Below are positions 14,766 through 28,189 of a stretch of DNA of 64,000 nucleotides, piece after piece. The stretch lies in the NCBI RefSeq assembly GCF_018350175.1, contig NC_058369.1, forward strand, positions 11,410,001 through 11,474,000, written 5' to 3'. Source of the DNA: Felis catus (taxonomy: Eukaryota). Position 1 is the first letter of the stretch; every line of letters starts with the position of its first letter. The position numbers were made by a program, and so were the translations under genes. The notes beneath the pieces were generated by a model. The model was given only the letters and a program-made list of their open reading frames with translations, was not told the origin of the DNA and ran no database searches.

Positions 14766-15402
14766 GAAACCAATAACAAATGCCAGGAACACCAAGCCCA
14801 AAGCCTAGGACAGAGACCCCCTTTCCCCAGAAAGAGGGCAGGAAGCCTGTAGATGTGCCAGTGTGTCTTTAGACAGCAGTAATGCAGAGTATATCATGGC
14901 TGCTAAAGTGAATAGGGAGTCCAGGGACTCGGCATAGGAGGGGGCACTCAGATACAGTCTCCTGACCTCTTAACTGCACTGAGCTCTGGCTCCTGAAGCA
15001 GCCCTATGCCCAACCTCAAGCTTTAAATTTAAGATATGAAAATCCAAGGGACTAAAGCAAGACTAACTTATTCTCAAATTCTCTGAAAATCCACTTAACA
15101 AAGGAGGTGTATTGACAGAGTCTTCTCTAATCTAAACAACAATTCATTTCTCTCGGATTCTCTAAGCACATAACCCCTTTTGCCTCTCATGGGGAGTGTG
15201 GTCTTTGATGGTGGGGACACTCCCCCTTCACCCCATGAAACACATACTTTAGTTCCAGCAAGACCTTGGTTTAGACCCCATCCATAGGACACTGGGGTGG
15301 TACGTCAGCCCAAGGCCCTTCTGTTAGGTTTTTTTAAATATCTACCTTCTGTTTTTGCAAGGACTAAAGAAATAAGCAGTTGGTACAGCTTCTAGAAAAT
15401 GA

Positions 15403-15405
15403 TAA

Positions 15406-15444
<39 letters not shown>

Positions 15445-15456
15445 GGTAATAATAAA
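15403..15456 (+). repeat. (AAT)n/(GATAAT)n microsatellite
   Basis: Visible directly. Confidence 0.85.
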
Positions 15457-17015
15457 AACTAGCTCCTTCCCCTCCCACACACAAATAGGTAATGGCAAGA
15501 TTTAAAACAGTAACAGCCCTTGGTTACGCTCTCATAACCTTGACAGAAGACCACAGAATGGCAACCAGCTATGGCACTTTCTAATGTCAGAAAGAGCAGG
15601 AAAACCTGCCACCCTCCTGTAACCAGGCTGCACAAGCTATGAGGACTTCTCAAGTTGCTCCTCAGGCAGTTCTAAATCTATGGAGGGCACTTCCCTTTTC
15701 TGCTGCTAAGCATACATCAGGGGAATATATTACTCCCGCATCGTCATGTTCAAACAAAACACAGAAGCATTTAGAGCCCCTCAACTATGCCTTCACGAAG
15801 TTTGTAAATAGCCTTACGGGGGGCTTTAACTTTTTTATTCATCAAAACCCGACACACTCCCACACCTTCCTTTGTTTTGTCTACAGGACAAATATAAGAA
15901 ACTTTCTATTTGTACAGTCAGTAGATCTCTTTCAAAGCATGTTGACATTTCATCTGCTTTTTGATCTCTGCCTTTGCACGTGGCTCAGGTTTAGCAGGAA
16001 ATGCTCCACCTGCTGACAAAGGGAATACAGACATGGGCTCCAATGAGGAGTGTTCTCATTTCCTCTATCTGAGGCTTACCCTCATCACAGGGGATGATGT
16101 AAGAGGCAGAAAGCAACAGTTTCAGTTGGAAAGTGAAGATGGAAAATGCTAACAGCAGAATAGAAAGGCCTGGTTCAAACACCTTAGACTCCCAAGGGAC
16201 CAGCGGCAGGGAGGAAAGGGGTGCTGTCTGCATGTCCCCGCGTCCCCAATCCTAATCAGTCATTTCTGCAATCTCATCTTTAAGATGAAGGTGAAGCATA
16301 ACAGGAAGCTCTGTTACAACCAGTGTCGCCAGCTGGGATAACCACTGTGAACCACAACAGGACAGGTGGCCAGACACTTGGTTACCCAGCAGCCAACAAC
16401 TGTGGTGAAGGCTCCTCTACGCCTGCTCTACGCAGGCAACAGGGCACAGGTACGTCAGGCAGGCCCATACATTCACGACCCAATTCAGATTCCCTTATTA
16501 AGCACTGGTTTCTCGGTGGGCTCTGCAAAACACACAAACATGGGGCATGGGCAGAAGTCCGCAAATACTCACTGTATAAGCACTGCTGGAATATTTGGTT
16601 TGTTTTTGCCTGAACCTTAGCTAAGTCTATAATAAGACTGTGGTTAACTCAAATGGCTGTCAAGAAAAGAACTACAGAGTGCTTTTCTGGCATTCTTCAT
16701 GTAAAAGCTTGCGGTCACATCCCTTCTCTCCCCACTCCTCACCCCCAGAAAAAGGGATGAAAATGCACTTCTATACAGCTTCCCTAACACTTGTGAACTA
16801 AACCAAAATTGCAACAATCTGCTCCCTACAACCAGAAAATCGGCTTAACAGAAAGTACGCCAAATCATTCATCCCTAGTTAAATATACAATCCAACCCCA
16901 CCAGAGGCCTTAACAAAGAAAATAGGTCTCATGCTGCTAAGAGATCCCTAAGCAGTTCAGGCTGAAGTCCTAGGGTTCCAGCACTTGGGTAACTGGTGAC
17001 ATGTCTTGATGTCAC

Positions 17016-17236
17016 TTTTTTTTTTTTTTTAAACGTTTATTTATTTTTGGGACAGAGAGAGACAGAGCATGAACGGGGGAGGGGCAGAGAGAGAGGGGGA
17101 GACACAGAATCTGAAACAGGCTCCAGGCTCTGAGCTGTCAGCACAGAGCCCGACGCGGGGCTCGAACTCACGAACCGTGAGATCATGACCTGAGCCGAAG
17201 TCGGACGCTTAACCGACTGAGCCACCCAGGCGCCCC
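17016..17236 (-). mobile_element. SINEC_Fc with TSD ttgatgtcac
   Basis: Near-consensus felid SINE with flanking duplication. Confidence 0.95.
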
Positions 17237-18080
17237 TTGATGTCACCTTTATGGGTCGTGCCCTGAGCACTGCAACAGCAGCCCTCTTCTGCTGGCACAG
17301 AGCTGTTCCTTGGTCACAGGGCATAACAAACACTAGCAGACACAGATATCTGAGGAGCAAACAAGCTCAGCTACCACAGCTGCCTACACGAATACCCAAG
17401 GCTCTAGCCTGACACTGCTTACCTGCAACCCATGTGCCTGTCTTACAGAAGGTCCCGGCATTTTATTAGAAGGTGAGCATTATGCATAAACGGGCAGAGT
17501 GTCCCTCCCTGGCCTGCATTCTGAAAAGGCTCTCCTCTTTTTCTCATGGTTCCATGAGATCATGGCCTGAGCCCAAGTTGGATGCTTAACTGAGTCACCC
17601 AGGTGCCCCCACACATGGGTTTCTAAAACAAGCTCCTCAAGCAGTTCTCTTTGCAGAGATGAGAGCTACCACTTTACAAGCTCTTTGCAGAGCAGCAATT
17701 AAGTCATTTTTTGCTTATGCTCTTTGGTAGGATGAGGTGGGGAAGTGGGTGGCCATTTTCTCGTAAGGACAGATAGCACCAGAATGTTGGGCCCTGCTCC
17801 TGAGTGGTGCCTGTGTCAGCCTGTTGCTGCAGCCTTACTCGGGGTGGGGGGGCATTGGTGGCATGCCACAGAATGCATTCATGCAGGGCCACCAAAGGAG
17901 CTCTGGAAACGTGTCCCTCTTCCGTTGCTTCTCTACATCTGTCCACATTGGGAATTCTTACTGAGGTTACGGCATCTATTTCAGGGAGTCCCCAAAATAA
18001 ACTGCTTTTTAAGCTGGGATTGGCCAAACCTGGATGTCCCAGGCCCTAGCCTGGGATGAATAAAAGTTCATCCGACCAAT

Positions 18081-18525
18081 GGGGTGCCTGGGTGGCTCAG
18101 TCGGTTGGGCATCGGACTTTGGCTCAGGTCATGATCTCACAGTCGGTGGGTTCGAGCCCCGCGTCGGGCTCTGTGCTGACAGCTCAGAGCCTGGAGCCTG
18201 CTTGGAATTCTGTGTCTCCCTCTCTCTCTGCCTCTCCCCCACTCATGTGTGCACACACTCTCTCAAAAATGAACATAAAAAAATAAAAATAAAAATAAAA
18301 ATCAGGGGCACCTGGGTGGCTCAGCTGGTTAAGTGTCTGACTCTTGATTTCAGCTCAGGTTCGCAGTTTGTTGAGTTTGAGCCCGACATCAGGCTCTGCC
18401 TGTGTGGAGCCTGCTTGGGATTCGCTCTCTCCCCCTCTTTCTGCCCCTTCCCCGTGCGCTCTCTCTCTCTGTCTCAAAATAAATAAACTTTAAAAAATTT
18501 TTATATATTAAAAAAAAAAATAAAA
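18081..18525 (+). mobile_element. Two tandem Can-SINEs (18081-18300 and 18305-18525)
   Basis: Two gggg(t/c)(g/a)cctgggtggctcag heads, each with an A tail. Confidence 0.9.
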
Positions 18526-20749
18526 CCCCATGTATGGAGCTGGGAGTGGGAGGAGGAGCTGACTACAAAGAGAATTTGGGGGGCTGCTGGAAATATTCTG
18601 TTTCTGATTGTGGTAGTGCATTTGTCAGAGTGAGTTTTATAGCATACAAACTTAAGAAAATGAACAAATAAACCACGACAGGGCCCCACCCACTTCAGAC
18701 GTGCTGCTTTGCGAGGGCAGACACAGACCTGCAAGTGCAGAACAAAAACCCAAACAGCTTGGTCTGAACTCCATGCTCTAGAGCTGAGCTGGGAGGCAGA
18801 CATCATCGTTAGGCTCCTGACTCCTCATCTATGAAACATCGGTTCACAGGGCCTACCCTCGGGGCTGTGCCAAGGATTAGCAAGCGCTCAATGTTGTTCA
18901 GTCACAGTAATTAGGGGAGGGAAACCAAATATTCTATTTTCTGGAACAGAAATCCACCTGTGTAGACTGGGAGCTCCTAGATGATGGGAGCTACTGGAAT
19001 ATTGGTGAACAGTAAGTGTTAAAAAGTGCTTTTCTGAAAGGAAAACTCTAGATGAAGGTAAACAATGGGTTCTGTGACTTGCGGTTTGCACTTAACACAG
19101 CAAAGCAGCAAGACTAACAATCTTCAAGGAGTCATAAAAAATCCTTGTGGGCTCTACGACCAGAGCACTTCCTGCACTCATATCAACTGAGGAAGAAGAT
19201 TACTACTAACTCAGAGCAGGGGGAACACTGATACTCAGCTTTTCCAGAGTGATTAAAGTACAGTTTATTAATCTTCTGGGAAAAGTAACTTATCGTGATA
19301 CAGCAAAGCTACCATGTAGAACAATTTTTCAAACTAAATGCTTCCTAGAGGGCCTTGGCCCAATTTTAAAGTTTTGATTGAGTCTCCAAGCTAGTGAAGA
19401 TATTTGCGCTGGGGTGGGGAAGGCTCCTAGACAGCCAAGTGCCAGAGAAGCAAACAATTCCCTCCTGGCCAACAGCAGAACACCTTCCAGGTCAGAGGGA
19501 ACAAGCATCAGGACAATTGTGCGTGTGGAAGGAGGTCTTCTGATTAAAACATTTCACTGTCATTCCAATAAGATACAACAAAGCCACAAGTAGGGAAAAG
19601 GTCACCCTGCATCATAACACCTATTTTTGTGTGTACAAGCTCACAGGGCTACCCACAAACAATATTCTCCCTACATTCTGTGTTCTAGTATTGATGGGAT
19701 GTGTGTAGACCCTCCTGTCACCTTTAACAGTGATGGGACAGCCACTGCTACCCATCAGGAAGAAACGCCAAAGCTCACAAACCACACCCCAGCTGTTTAA
19801 TGCTGAGATTATTTCCAGTAATGTGTGGACACTACAGGGTTGAGAGGAATCAAGAAACATTTCATGGCTTATTATTGATGACTTATTAATACACTCCCAG
19901 CTCAGTGGTCCCCTCTGTAAAAGGTGTATGACAAAGCCCCTGGTCAAAATGCCAGCGAAGAACACTGGGAGAGCCTAACTGGAAAAGGCTCACAGAGAGG
20001 ACACCATCTACCACAACCAACTCCATAAGCAAGGGTTGGCATCAATGCCCTTGGGTGTCCCAAAGCCCTCATTCTGAAACCGGACCTGCCAGAGCATACA
20101 AAGATATATCCATGTCTGACGCGTACTCAATGTCAGTGTCAGGAAACAAGCTCCATTCAAGGCCTGAAGCTCCTGGTTAGGAAAGTATCTTCGACCCAGG
20201 CTCGTTACTACATACACTAGGGACCTAGGAAAGAGTCACTTCTAGAATGCATCGGATGGCACACCAATTAGCTCTGGTACTGACTGAGCACCTGCCTGAA
20301 TCAGGCAAGCTTTGCATGCAGCTGAACATTTTCCAAGCTAACCAGTGCCTTTGCCAGAGGATTCGTTGAGCAGCCAAACCCAGCCTGGCCACGATGCCTG
20401 TAGTGGTTGGCAGGCAATGTATAAGCAACAACTTTCCCAGTTAAGTGCCAACTTTCCCTGAGTGTCCACATGCTTAGGGAAAGCAATTGGACTCAGACCA
20501 AGGAGCAATTACTGAATGCTCACTGAGGCTCAGGCTCAGTGTGCTGCTAGATTGCTGTATTCCGTCCGCACTCCATGAGAACCTTGCACAGGTAGGGACT
20601 AAGATCTCAGTTTCACAGCCAGGGATGCTGATGCTAGCCATCAGTCATTCAACTGAGGTCATGAAGCCTGCACGACTCTTCACCCCGTACCCCAAAATCA
20701 TTTCCTGATGAACTAAGGGCATATATTTGAAAGGCAAAACCTCACAACT

Positions 20750-21740
20750 TTTAGAAAACAACAACAGATGTTGGCGAGGATGTGGAGAAAGGGGAAACCC
20801 TTTTGTACTGTTGGCGGGAATGCAAGCAACAGTATGGAGGTTCTTCAAAAAAGTTCAAAAAAAGAACTACCCTGTGACCCAGCAATTGCACTACTCGGTA
20901 TTTATCCAAAGGATACAAAAATGCGGATTCGAAGGGGCACATGCACCACAGTGTTTACAGCAGCACTATCAACAATAGCCCAATTATGGAAAGAGCCCAA
21001 ATGTTTATTGACTGATGAATGGATACAGAAGTATACCCCCCATACACATACACACCCCACATCTTCTTTATCCATTCATCGGTTGCTGGACATTTGGGCT
21101 CTTTCCATAATTATATATATATACACACATACATATGTATATATGTGTGTGTGTATATATATACATGTGTATATACATGTATATATATATGTATATACAC
21201 ATATACACATACACACACACATATATACATACACACACACATACACGCTATATAGTGTGTGTGTATGTGTGTGTGTATATATATATATATGTATATATAT
21301 GTATATATATGGTATATACATGTATAACAGAGTACTACTCAGCAACAAAAAGGAATGAAATCTTGCCAGTTCCAAGGTGGATGGAACTAGAGGGTATTAT
21401 GCTAAGTGAAATAGAGAAAGACAGCAATCTTATGATTTCACTCACATGTGGAGTTTAAGAAACACAACAGATGAACACAGGGAAGGGAAGGAAAAATAAG
21501 ATAAAAACAGAGGGAGGCAAACCATAAGAGACTCAGATACAGAGAACAAACTGAAGGTTGCTGGAGAGGAGGTGGATGGGGGGATGGGTTAAACGGGTGA
21601 TGAGCATTAAGGAGGACACTTTGGAATGAGCACTGAGTGTCATACGTAAGAGATGAATCACTGGGTTCTACTCCTGAAGCCAAGACTACACTGCATGTTA
21701 ACTTGAATTTAAATAAAAAAAGAAAAAGAAAAGAGAAAAA
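20750..21740 (+). mobile_element. Carnivore L1 3' end (ORF2 C-terminus, 3' UTR, A tail) with internal (TA)/(CA)/(TG) microsatellite
   Basis: Frameshifted ORF2p remnants NNRCWRGCGE, ELPCDPAIALLGIYPKD and EYYSATKRNEILP...MELEGIMLSEI; aataaa and poly-A near 21710. Confidence 0.92.
21110..21325. repeat. Complex (TA)n/(CA)n/(TG)n microsatellite
   Basis: Visible directly; expanded at the L1 ORF2 'WYIYT' position. Confidence 0.9.
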
Positions 21741-21789
21741 AATCCACAGAATGTTAAAAAAATAGATTACTTGACTTCAGGTAATGCTC

Positions 21790-22790
21790 TTCCCACCAAC
21801 TGTAAAACAAAGATTCATAAATTCACCTACATGAATATTAACATCTCCTGTTGATCAAAAGACACTCTGGAGGTGGGGAGACATCACACTAGGGAAAAAT
21901 ATTTGCAAAATGTATTATCCACAAAGATCTGGTACGCACGCTCTATAAACAACTTCTGCAAGTCAATTAAAAAAGATAAACTAAAGGAAAATGAGAAGTC
22001 AGAAACAGGCATTTCAACAAGGACAATGAATAAACCCAAGAAGACGCTCAGCCTCATTCATCTCCACTTCCCTGACAACTGAAGCCACAATGACACTTTA
22101 TGTCCGCCAAGATTGGTAAAATACAAGTACATTAATGCCAACATTTGTGAAAATGTGGTCCAACATTCTGGGATGTGGGCAGGTAAACTGATGGGACTGT
22201 TTCTGAAAATAATTTGGTATTAAGACATCCCCAATTACCCAGTAATTCCACTCCCGAACACCTACTGAGACACTTGTACACATGCCTCAGATGCACGTAT
22301 GCAAGCAGAATGCTCACAGCCAACAATGTTGTGACACCTATTCCACCCTCCCTACCTCTCCAATAAAAATAAATCTCAAGGGGGCACCTGGCTGGCTCAG
22401 TCGGTGGAGCATGCAACTCCTGATCTCAGGGTTGTGAGTTCGAGCTCCACAATGGGTGTACAGAATGCTTAAAAAATAAAACCTTAAAATAAATAATCAA
22501 TCTAAGGACCCAAATGTCCACCAACATGAGAATGAATCAATTGTGATACATTCACACTCTGGTGAAAATGAATGAGCTACAGCTACCATGACACGGATGA
22601 ACTTAAGTGAGGAAGTGGCAAAGTCTGCAAATAATGTGCTGCGCTGGTAATAAAGATGAAAAACAGTAAGACCAAGCAACGTATCGTTGAGAGTTATATG
22701 CAACTGAGACAAGTAAACTTCAGGATGGCAAGAAAATGAGGTAGGGAAGGAAGCACAGACGACTGAGCTGGTCATCCCAAGGATCCTCAA
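21790..22790 (+). mobile_element. Old L1ME-type fragment containing a short Can-SINE (22380-22495)
   Basis: cccagtaattccactcc and cccaaatgtccaccaaca L1 motifs; short SINE ggggcacctggctggctcagtcggtggagcatg. Confidence 0.65.
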
Positions 22791-23819
22791 GCTGGAAGAC
22801 AGAAATGAGAATCACTCAAATGTGAACTGCAAACCACTTCACCTTTAACCCCGTATGACCGAATCCACGGCATCTTCCGTGAAATCAGAGGAGCGCCCCT
22901 CTGCTGTGCCTGACAGCAGGAGTTTGTTACTAACACTCAGAGCTACTCGATCCAAGACAGGATCTTCACAACCTTTAGGTAGGTGGGGTGCTTTTGTTAT
23001 CCCGTTTACTGATAGGAAACAGCCCCAGAGGTTAAGGAGGCCATCCCAGATCACTGCCCATTCCTCCAAATGCCAGTGAGTGTCCATGTTCAGCTTCAAT
23101 ACCACTAGTCACAGTTCATCTGTTTACCTCCTCAGGTGGTTCACTCCTTTTTCAGCATGCTCTAATGGCCAGTGTAGAACACACCAGAGGTAAAAAGGTC
23201 AGCTCAACAGGAGACAAAACACTGAGTGATTAGCTCATTCTAGTCCCAGGACAAGAGAATGCCAATGGCAGTTTTAGCAGTAAAAAAGAGTGACTTCAAA
23301 GTTATGGCTGGTTTCAAATCTTGGGAGGCACAGTCTGCATAAGATCCTTGATGAATCTAGTTCTCATCCTCTGTCCTGGACCAGAAGCTGTTTCAGCAAC
23401 AAGCATAGAGAGTAAGATGGGTTCTGAAATAACTCTATAGCCTCAGGTACACATGCATCCCTGTGAGTAAAAAACCAGAAGGAAGAAAGTGGATTGGAAC
23501 CCTCATCCAAAGACCTCAACACTGTACTACCTAAAAAGATCAATTAATGCATCACTAGAACAAAAGTTCACAGAAACAGGACCCGAGATAACGACTTAAA
23601 ACCCAACCTCTTGACGATACTGTGCATCCAGATCTGCACCCAGTGTCTTGTAACTGGCACATCACATGACAAGACTCATTTGGGCAGACGTATTCTCCAA
23701 GAACACTGAGAACACAACCCCGTATCTTGCAACTGCTGCTCAAAAGGGAGAGAGTAAGAAGTCAAAACTAAAACTACTTAAATTCTGCTAGGCTTAAAAG
23801 GAATTTGTGTTACAATCAG

Positions 23820-24310
23820 AAAGATAACAAGTGCTGGCAAGGATGTGGGGAAACTGGAACCTTTATGCACTGCTGACAGGAATGTAAAATGGGGTAGCAA
23901 CTTTGGAAAGCAGTCCAGCAGTTTCTGGAAAGGTTAAACATAGTTACCATGTAAGGAGGAAGTTTTGCCCCTAGCTATACAAACAAAGGAAAGAAAAACA
24001 TGTCTACACAAAAACTTGCATGTGGAAGTTCATGATTCGTTAAGAACCAAAAAGTAGAGGGGCACCTGGGTGGCTCAGTCCGTTAAGCATCCGACTTCGG
24101 CTCAGGTCATGATCTCACGGTTCGTGGGTTCAAGCCCCGCATCGGGCTCTGTGCTAACAGCTCAGAGCCTGGAGCCTGTTTCAGATTGTGTGTCTCCCTC
24201 TCTCTATGCCCCTCCCCCACTCACGTTCTGTCTCCCTCTGTCTCAAAAATAAACATTAAAAAAAATTATAATAAAAAAGAACCAAAAAGTAGAAATTGGG
24301 ATGTCCGTGA
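23820..24310 (+). mobile_element. L1M fragment with SINEC_Fc (24059-24276; 17-bp TSD aagaaccaaaaagtaga)
   Basis: aacaagtgctggcaaggatgtggggaaactggaacc L1 motif; TSD at 24042-24058 and 24277-24293. Confidence 0.88.
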
Positions 24311-25074
24311 ATGGGTGGTCCCATTTACAAGGATATGACCAGATTTTCTGAAAAAGGAGAAGTCAAAATCTAAGCTGCTTCCTTTTGAGGGAGCAAGCTG
24401 TCTAGTCTATTTATCCCTGAGCTCTGTGCTTGCTTCCAAGGACAGCATTTGGTGCTTCTTGCACTGGGCAGGAGGGAGTATGAAGCAATCCAAGATGTCC
24501 AGGCATAAGTCACAGGACACTGAGTGCAGGCAAAGGCAGAGACTGCCAAAACTGATGCTGGAGACACCTCTCACCTCTGCTACACCTGATCGTGTGTTAT
24601 TAAGGGCCATCCCATTTACAGGAGTTCAAAAATTAAGCTGCCTTGGTCACATTTTGAGGCAACTCACAGAGAAATGTTAGGTTACAGGAATTCTGTGAGC
24701 CTTTTCAGGATTACACTGGCTGAAATGAGAACACAAGTCAAGCTACCTGTCATGGAAATGTGAGTGGGTTGGGTTGAGAAGCCAAGACTGTGGCTAACTG
24801 ACAGGATAAGACCCTGGAAAGCCAGAAAGGGGTGGGGTCCAATCCATTTGTAACCAGCCCCTACTTTCTTCTAGGCTGCCTTGAAAGACACCTAGCTGGA
24901 CAAGGGACCACCGGCTGAATCATCTCCTTCCTGTACCCTTGTGCCCACTTTTCACATCTGCCTAATAAAAACCCTCCAATCCCAAATCAGTTGCAGCATG
25001 CAAACAGGACAAGGGAATTTCGTAGCAGACTTCCCTATTTAAGTTCTAAATTGTGTTCAAAAAGTAGACGAGTG

Positions 25075-25530
25075 GCTACCTGCACATCCATGTTCATTTC
25101 ATGGCAGCACTATTCACAAGAGCCAAGAAGGGGAAGCAATCCAAATGTCCATCAACAGATAAATGGATAGAGAAAATATGGTTATGTACAGTGGGGTATT
25201 TTCTGCCTTAAGAAAGTAAATCCTCTCACATGTGACAACATGGGTGAACCTGGAGGACATTTGCTAAGTATTGAAATAGGCTTGTGACAGACAAACACTG
25301 CACGATTCCACTTAATGTGAGCTATCTAAAACAGTCAAACTCTTAGAAATAGAAAGTAATATGCGGTTGCCAAGGGGCTGGAGGGAGGGGGGGGAAGTGA
25401 GAGTTGTTAAATGGACATAGTTTCAATTTTGCAAGATGGAAAAGTTCTAGAGATCTGCTACACAACATGAACAGACTTAACATTACTGTATACTTAAAAA
25501 TATTAAGATGGTAAAGTTTTATGTTTTTGA
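25075..25530 (+). mobile_element. L1MA/MB 3'-end fragment
   Basis: gcagcactattcacaagagccaag...tccaaatgtccatcaacagataaatggata...gttctagagatctg. Confidence 0.85.
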
Positions 25531-28051
25531 ACAGGGGGAAAAAAGCAGATGGCTTCACCACAGATTCTTCAACTCTGGAGAGAAGACCCTCACAGGGCTG
25601 GTGTAAGCGTCAAATGCGATGCAAGAGAAACTAAGCGCTCAATTAACACTATTAATCATAGTATCAATAAAAGCAAATGCCATGATTTAATGTTAGCTTT
25701 GCACATTTCATAATGTAATCACAGAATGAAACCCAACGGGCCTTCAGGTCTGGTCTGCAGCCCACTAGCACAAACTCTGTGGGCAGGCTTCATCCACCTC
25801 ATTCAGTTGAATGACTCCAGGTAGACCCACCGCTGGCACTTTCTAGAAGCTGGCACTTTCTAGAAGTACAACTCGGCCCTCAGTCCCTGCTTGAGCCTTT
25901 GGTCATATTCTCCACACCCAAAGATAATGGGCCAAATGCACCAAAAGCTCTGCTCACAAAATGGGGATGTATGGAATGAATGAAATGAAAGATACCAGAT
26001 AAAGCAAATTCCAAGGAGGGGTGGGGAATTTTCTAGGCTATAAAAACAGAAGGGCAGAGATTGAGAATACCATACTTACGTAGGTAACTGGAGTTCACTC
26101 CATGGCGGACAGTTTTCAAAGGAAAACCCCTTTCCCTGATCTGATGAAGGCTAATTCTCCACCTGAGTTCTTAGGCTATGCAGGCTTATTAGCTTCCTCT
26201 AGCCTGGGACTTTGCTGGGACTCTGCTTCCAGCCTCCTGTAGGAGGGGAGCAGGGTGCTTGTCCGTCCCCACAAATCAGGATTCTGTTCCTGACTGCCCT
26301 CTCACTCTAAATGCGGGCCCAGCCGGCCCCCACCCCCACCCCGTTCTCTCTCCACATAGCTCCAGGAGACCTCATCCACCCTCCTGGCAATGCCTAAAGC
26401 CCCACTTCTAGCCTAGACGTGCCCCTGCATTCCAGCACTACATATCCACCTGCCTACAAGGCAGTGTCAACCACAAGCACCAAGAGACTAAAATGAGCCT
26501 ATCCTCTCTAAAACCTGTCAAAGCAGGCATATTCATCACGTGGGGTAGTGCCTACCATGCTGGGTAACTCAAAAACTAAAGATTTTCCATTACTGCAGAA
26601 AGTTCCACAGGACAGCACTGCTTTAAAACTTGGGTAAGGTCATGGGGCACCTGCCAGGCTCAGTCAGTAGAGCATGTGAATTGATCTCAGGGTACTTCAC
26701 GCCCCACACTGTGCAAGGGGGGGGGGTAGGTCACTGTAAAATAAGATCAAAACTGCACCCTGAAAGATGGGGGGGGGGGGGTCCTAGAAAAAACAAAGAC
26801 ATGGGACAGCAGTCTGTCATAGAAGCTAGGTAGGGCCCAGAGTACCACAGGATCGGGGTTTGGGTTTTAGCCAACATATATACAGTGGGGTTTTAAAGCA
26901 GCAGGAGAATTTTGCTCCAATAGATCTATTACCTTCCGATCATATTCCAACTAGCTTACTGGTCTAGTTTTCAGTTTTGCATGAAGTCTGTTTAACCACT
27001 TCTACCATTTTCTCTTACTAGATTTTTCTCACAGTACTCAGAGCCAAACTCTTCCTCAACAAAATCATTTGTCATCTTATAAAGTCAAAGAAAGGTTTTA
27101 AAAGTAAAATGTTTCTTCAGGGCACTCTTATTAAACGAATTACCACCTTTCTAGCACCGGGCCACTGCCCACCACTGGACATATTAGGACCCCCTTAAAC
27201 ACTTGCCTCACTCTGCCCCCAGTTATGATTTAATTGTACTCAGCATACAGACATGGGAAACACTTTTATTCATCACTGAATTCTCACTGCACACAAAAGA
27301 TATAGCACAGTGCCCCATTATCTAGTAAGTCCCACACACACCCTGGCAGAATTTGGCCTGTTTGCTTCAGGCAGGAAATTCCCTTTAAACAACAGTCCCT
27401 AAGTGGGAAATAAAAACCCATGAGCTGGAACGCAATCGCACCCTACAATAAGCAGCACCTTGAGATAGAGACTCACCATAATCCTAGCAGATCATCCAGT
27501 TCACACCCTGATATAGCAAGCCCAGGGCACATGGGCTAAAGATGAAGTTTACTCCAGCTTACTGACTCCCCCAACTCCTTTGTCTGAATTCACAGACTTT
27601 CACTAGAGTAACAAGGAAAAAATGGAGGTGAAACCAAATCAAGGCAGGTGAAGTTTAATTCCACTCATGTGAATGTCTTCATGAGACTCCTCTGGAGGGT
27701 GGCACTGCATTTAATGACCAGATATCCAGATGAAAAAGAGGTCTGCAGCCAGAGTAATGACCCTCCTCTGACGTGACCCTCCTCCGTGAGTGCTTCCGAG
27801 GGGCAGGTGCTTGCTTGCAGAACAGTCCAAATCTCTGTCCAGGCCTCAGCTGTCTCACAGATGGACCAGCCTAAATGCCAGCTCCTTTCCTATGCTCACA
27901 GCTGGAAGGACTCTCTTCTCAGAGTGGCTGGCCTGTACCTCTCACGAACACTCCCATGATCTATCTTGTGCACGTTAGTTACCACTCCATCCATCTGAAC
28001 GTGGCCGATTCCCTCCTTCCACAGCTTGTAGAACGAAGTCAGGAGCATGTG

Positions 28052-28150
28052 GGAGTGCCTGGCTGACTCAGATGGTGGAGCATGCAATTCTTGATCTCAG
28101 GGCTGTAAATTCGACCCTCACGATGGGTGTAGAGATTAGTTAAATCTTAA
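28052..28150 (+). mobile_element. Short Can-SINE followed by (GA)n
   Basis: ggagtgcctggctgactcag...gggtgtagagatta. Confidence 0.75.
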
Positions 28151-28158
28151 AAACAAAA

Positions 28159-28189
<31 letters not shown>

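Noticed and set aside
20727..21458. ORFs with L1 ORF2-like and Tyr/Ile/His/Thr-rich segments
   Set aside because: Frameshifted L1 remnant plus microsatellite; not a functional gene.
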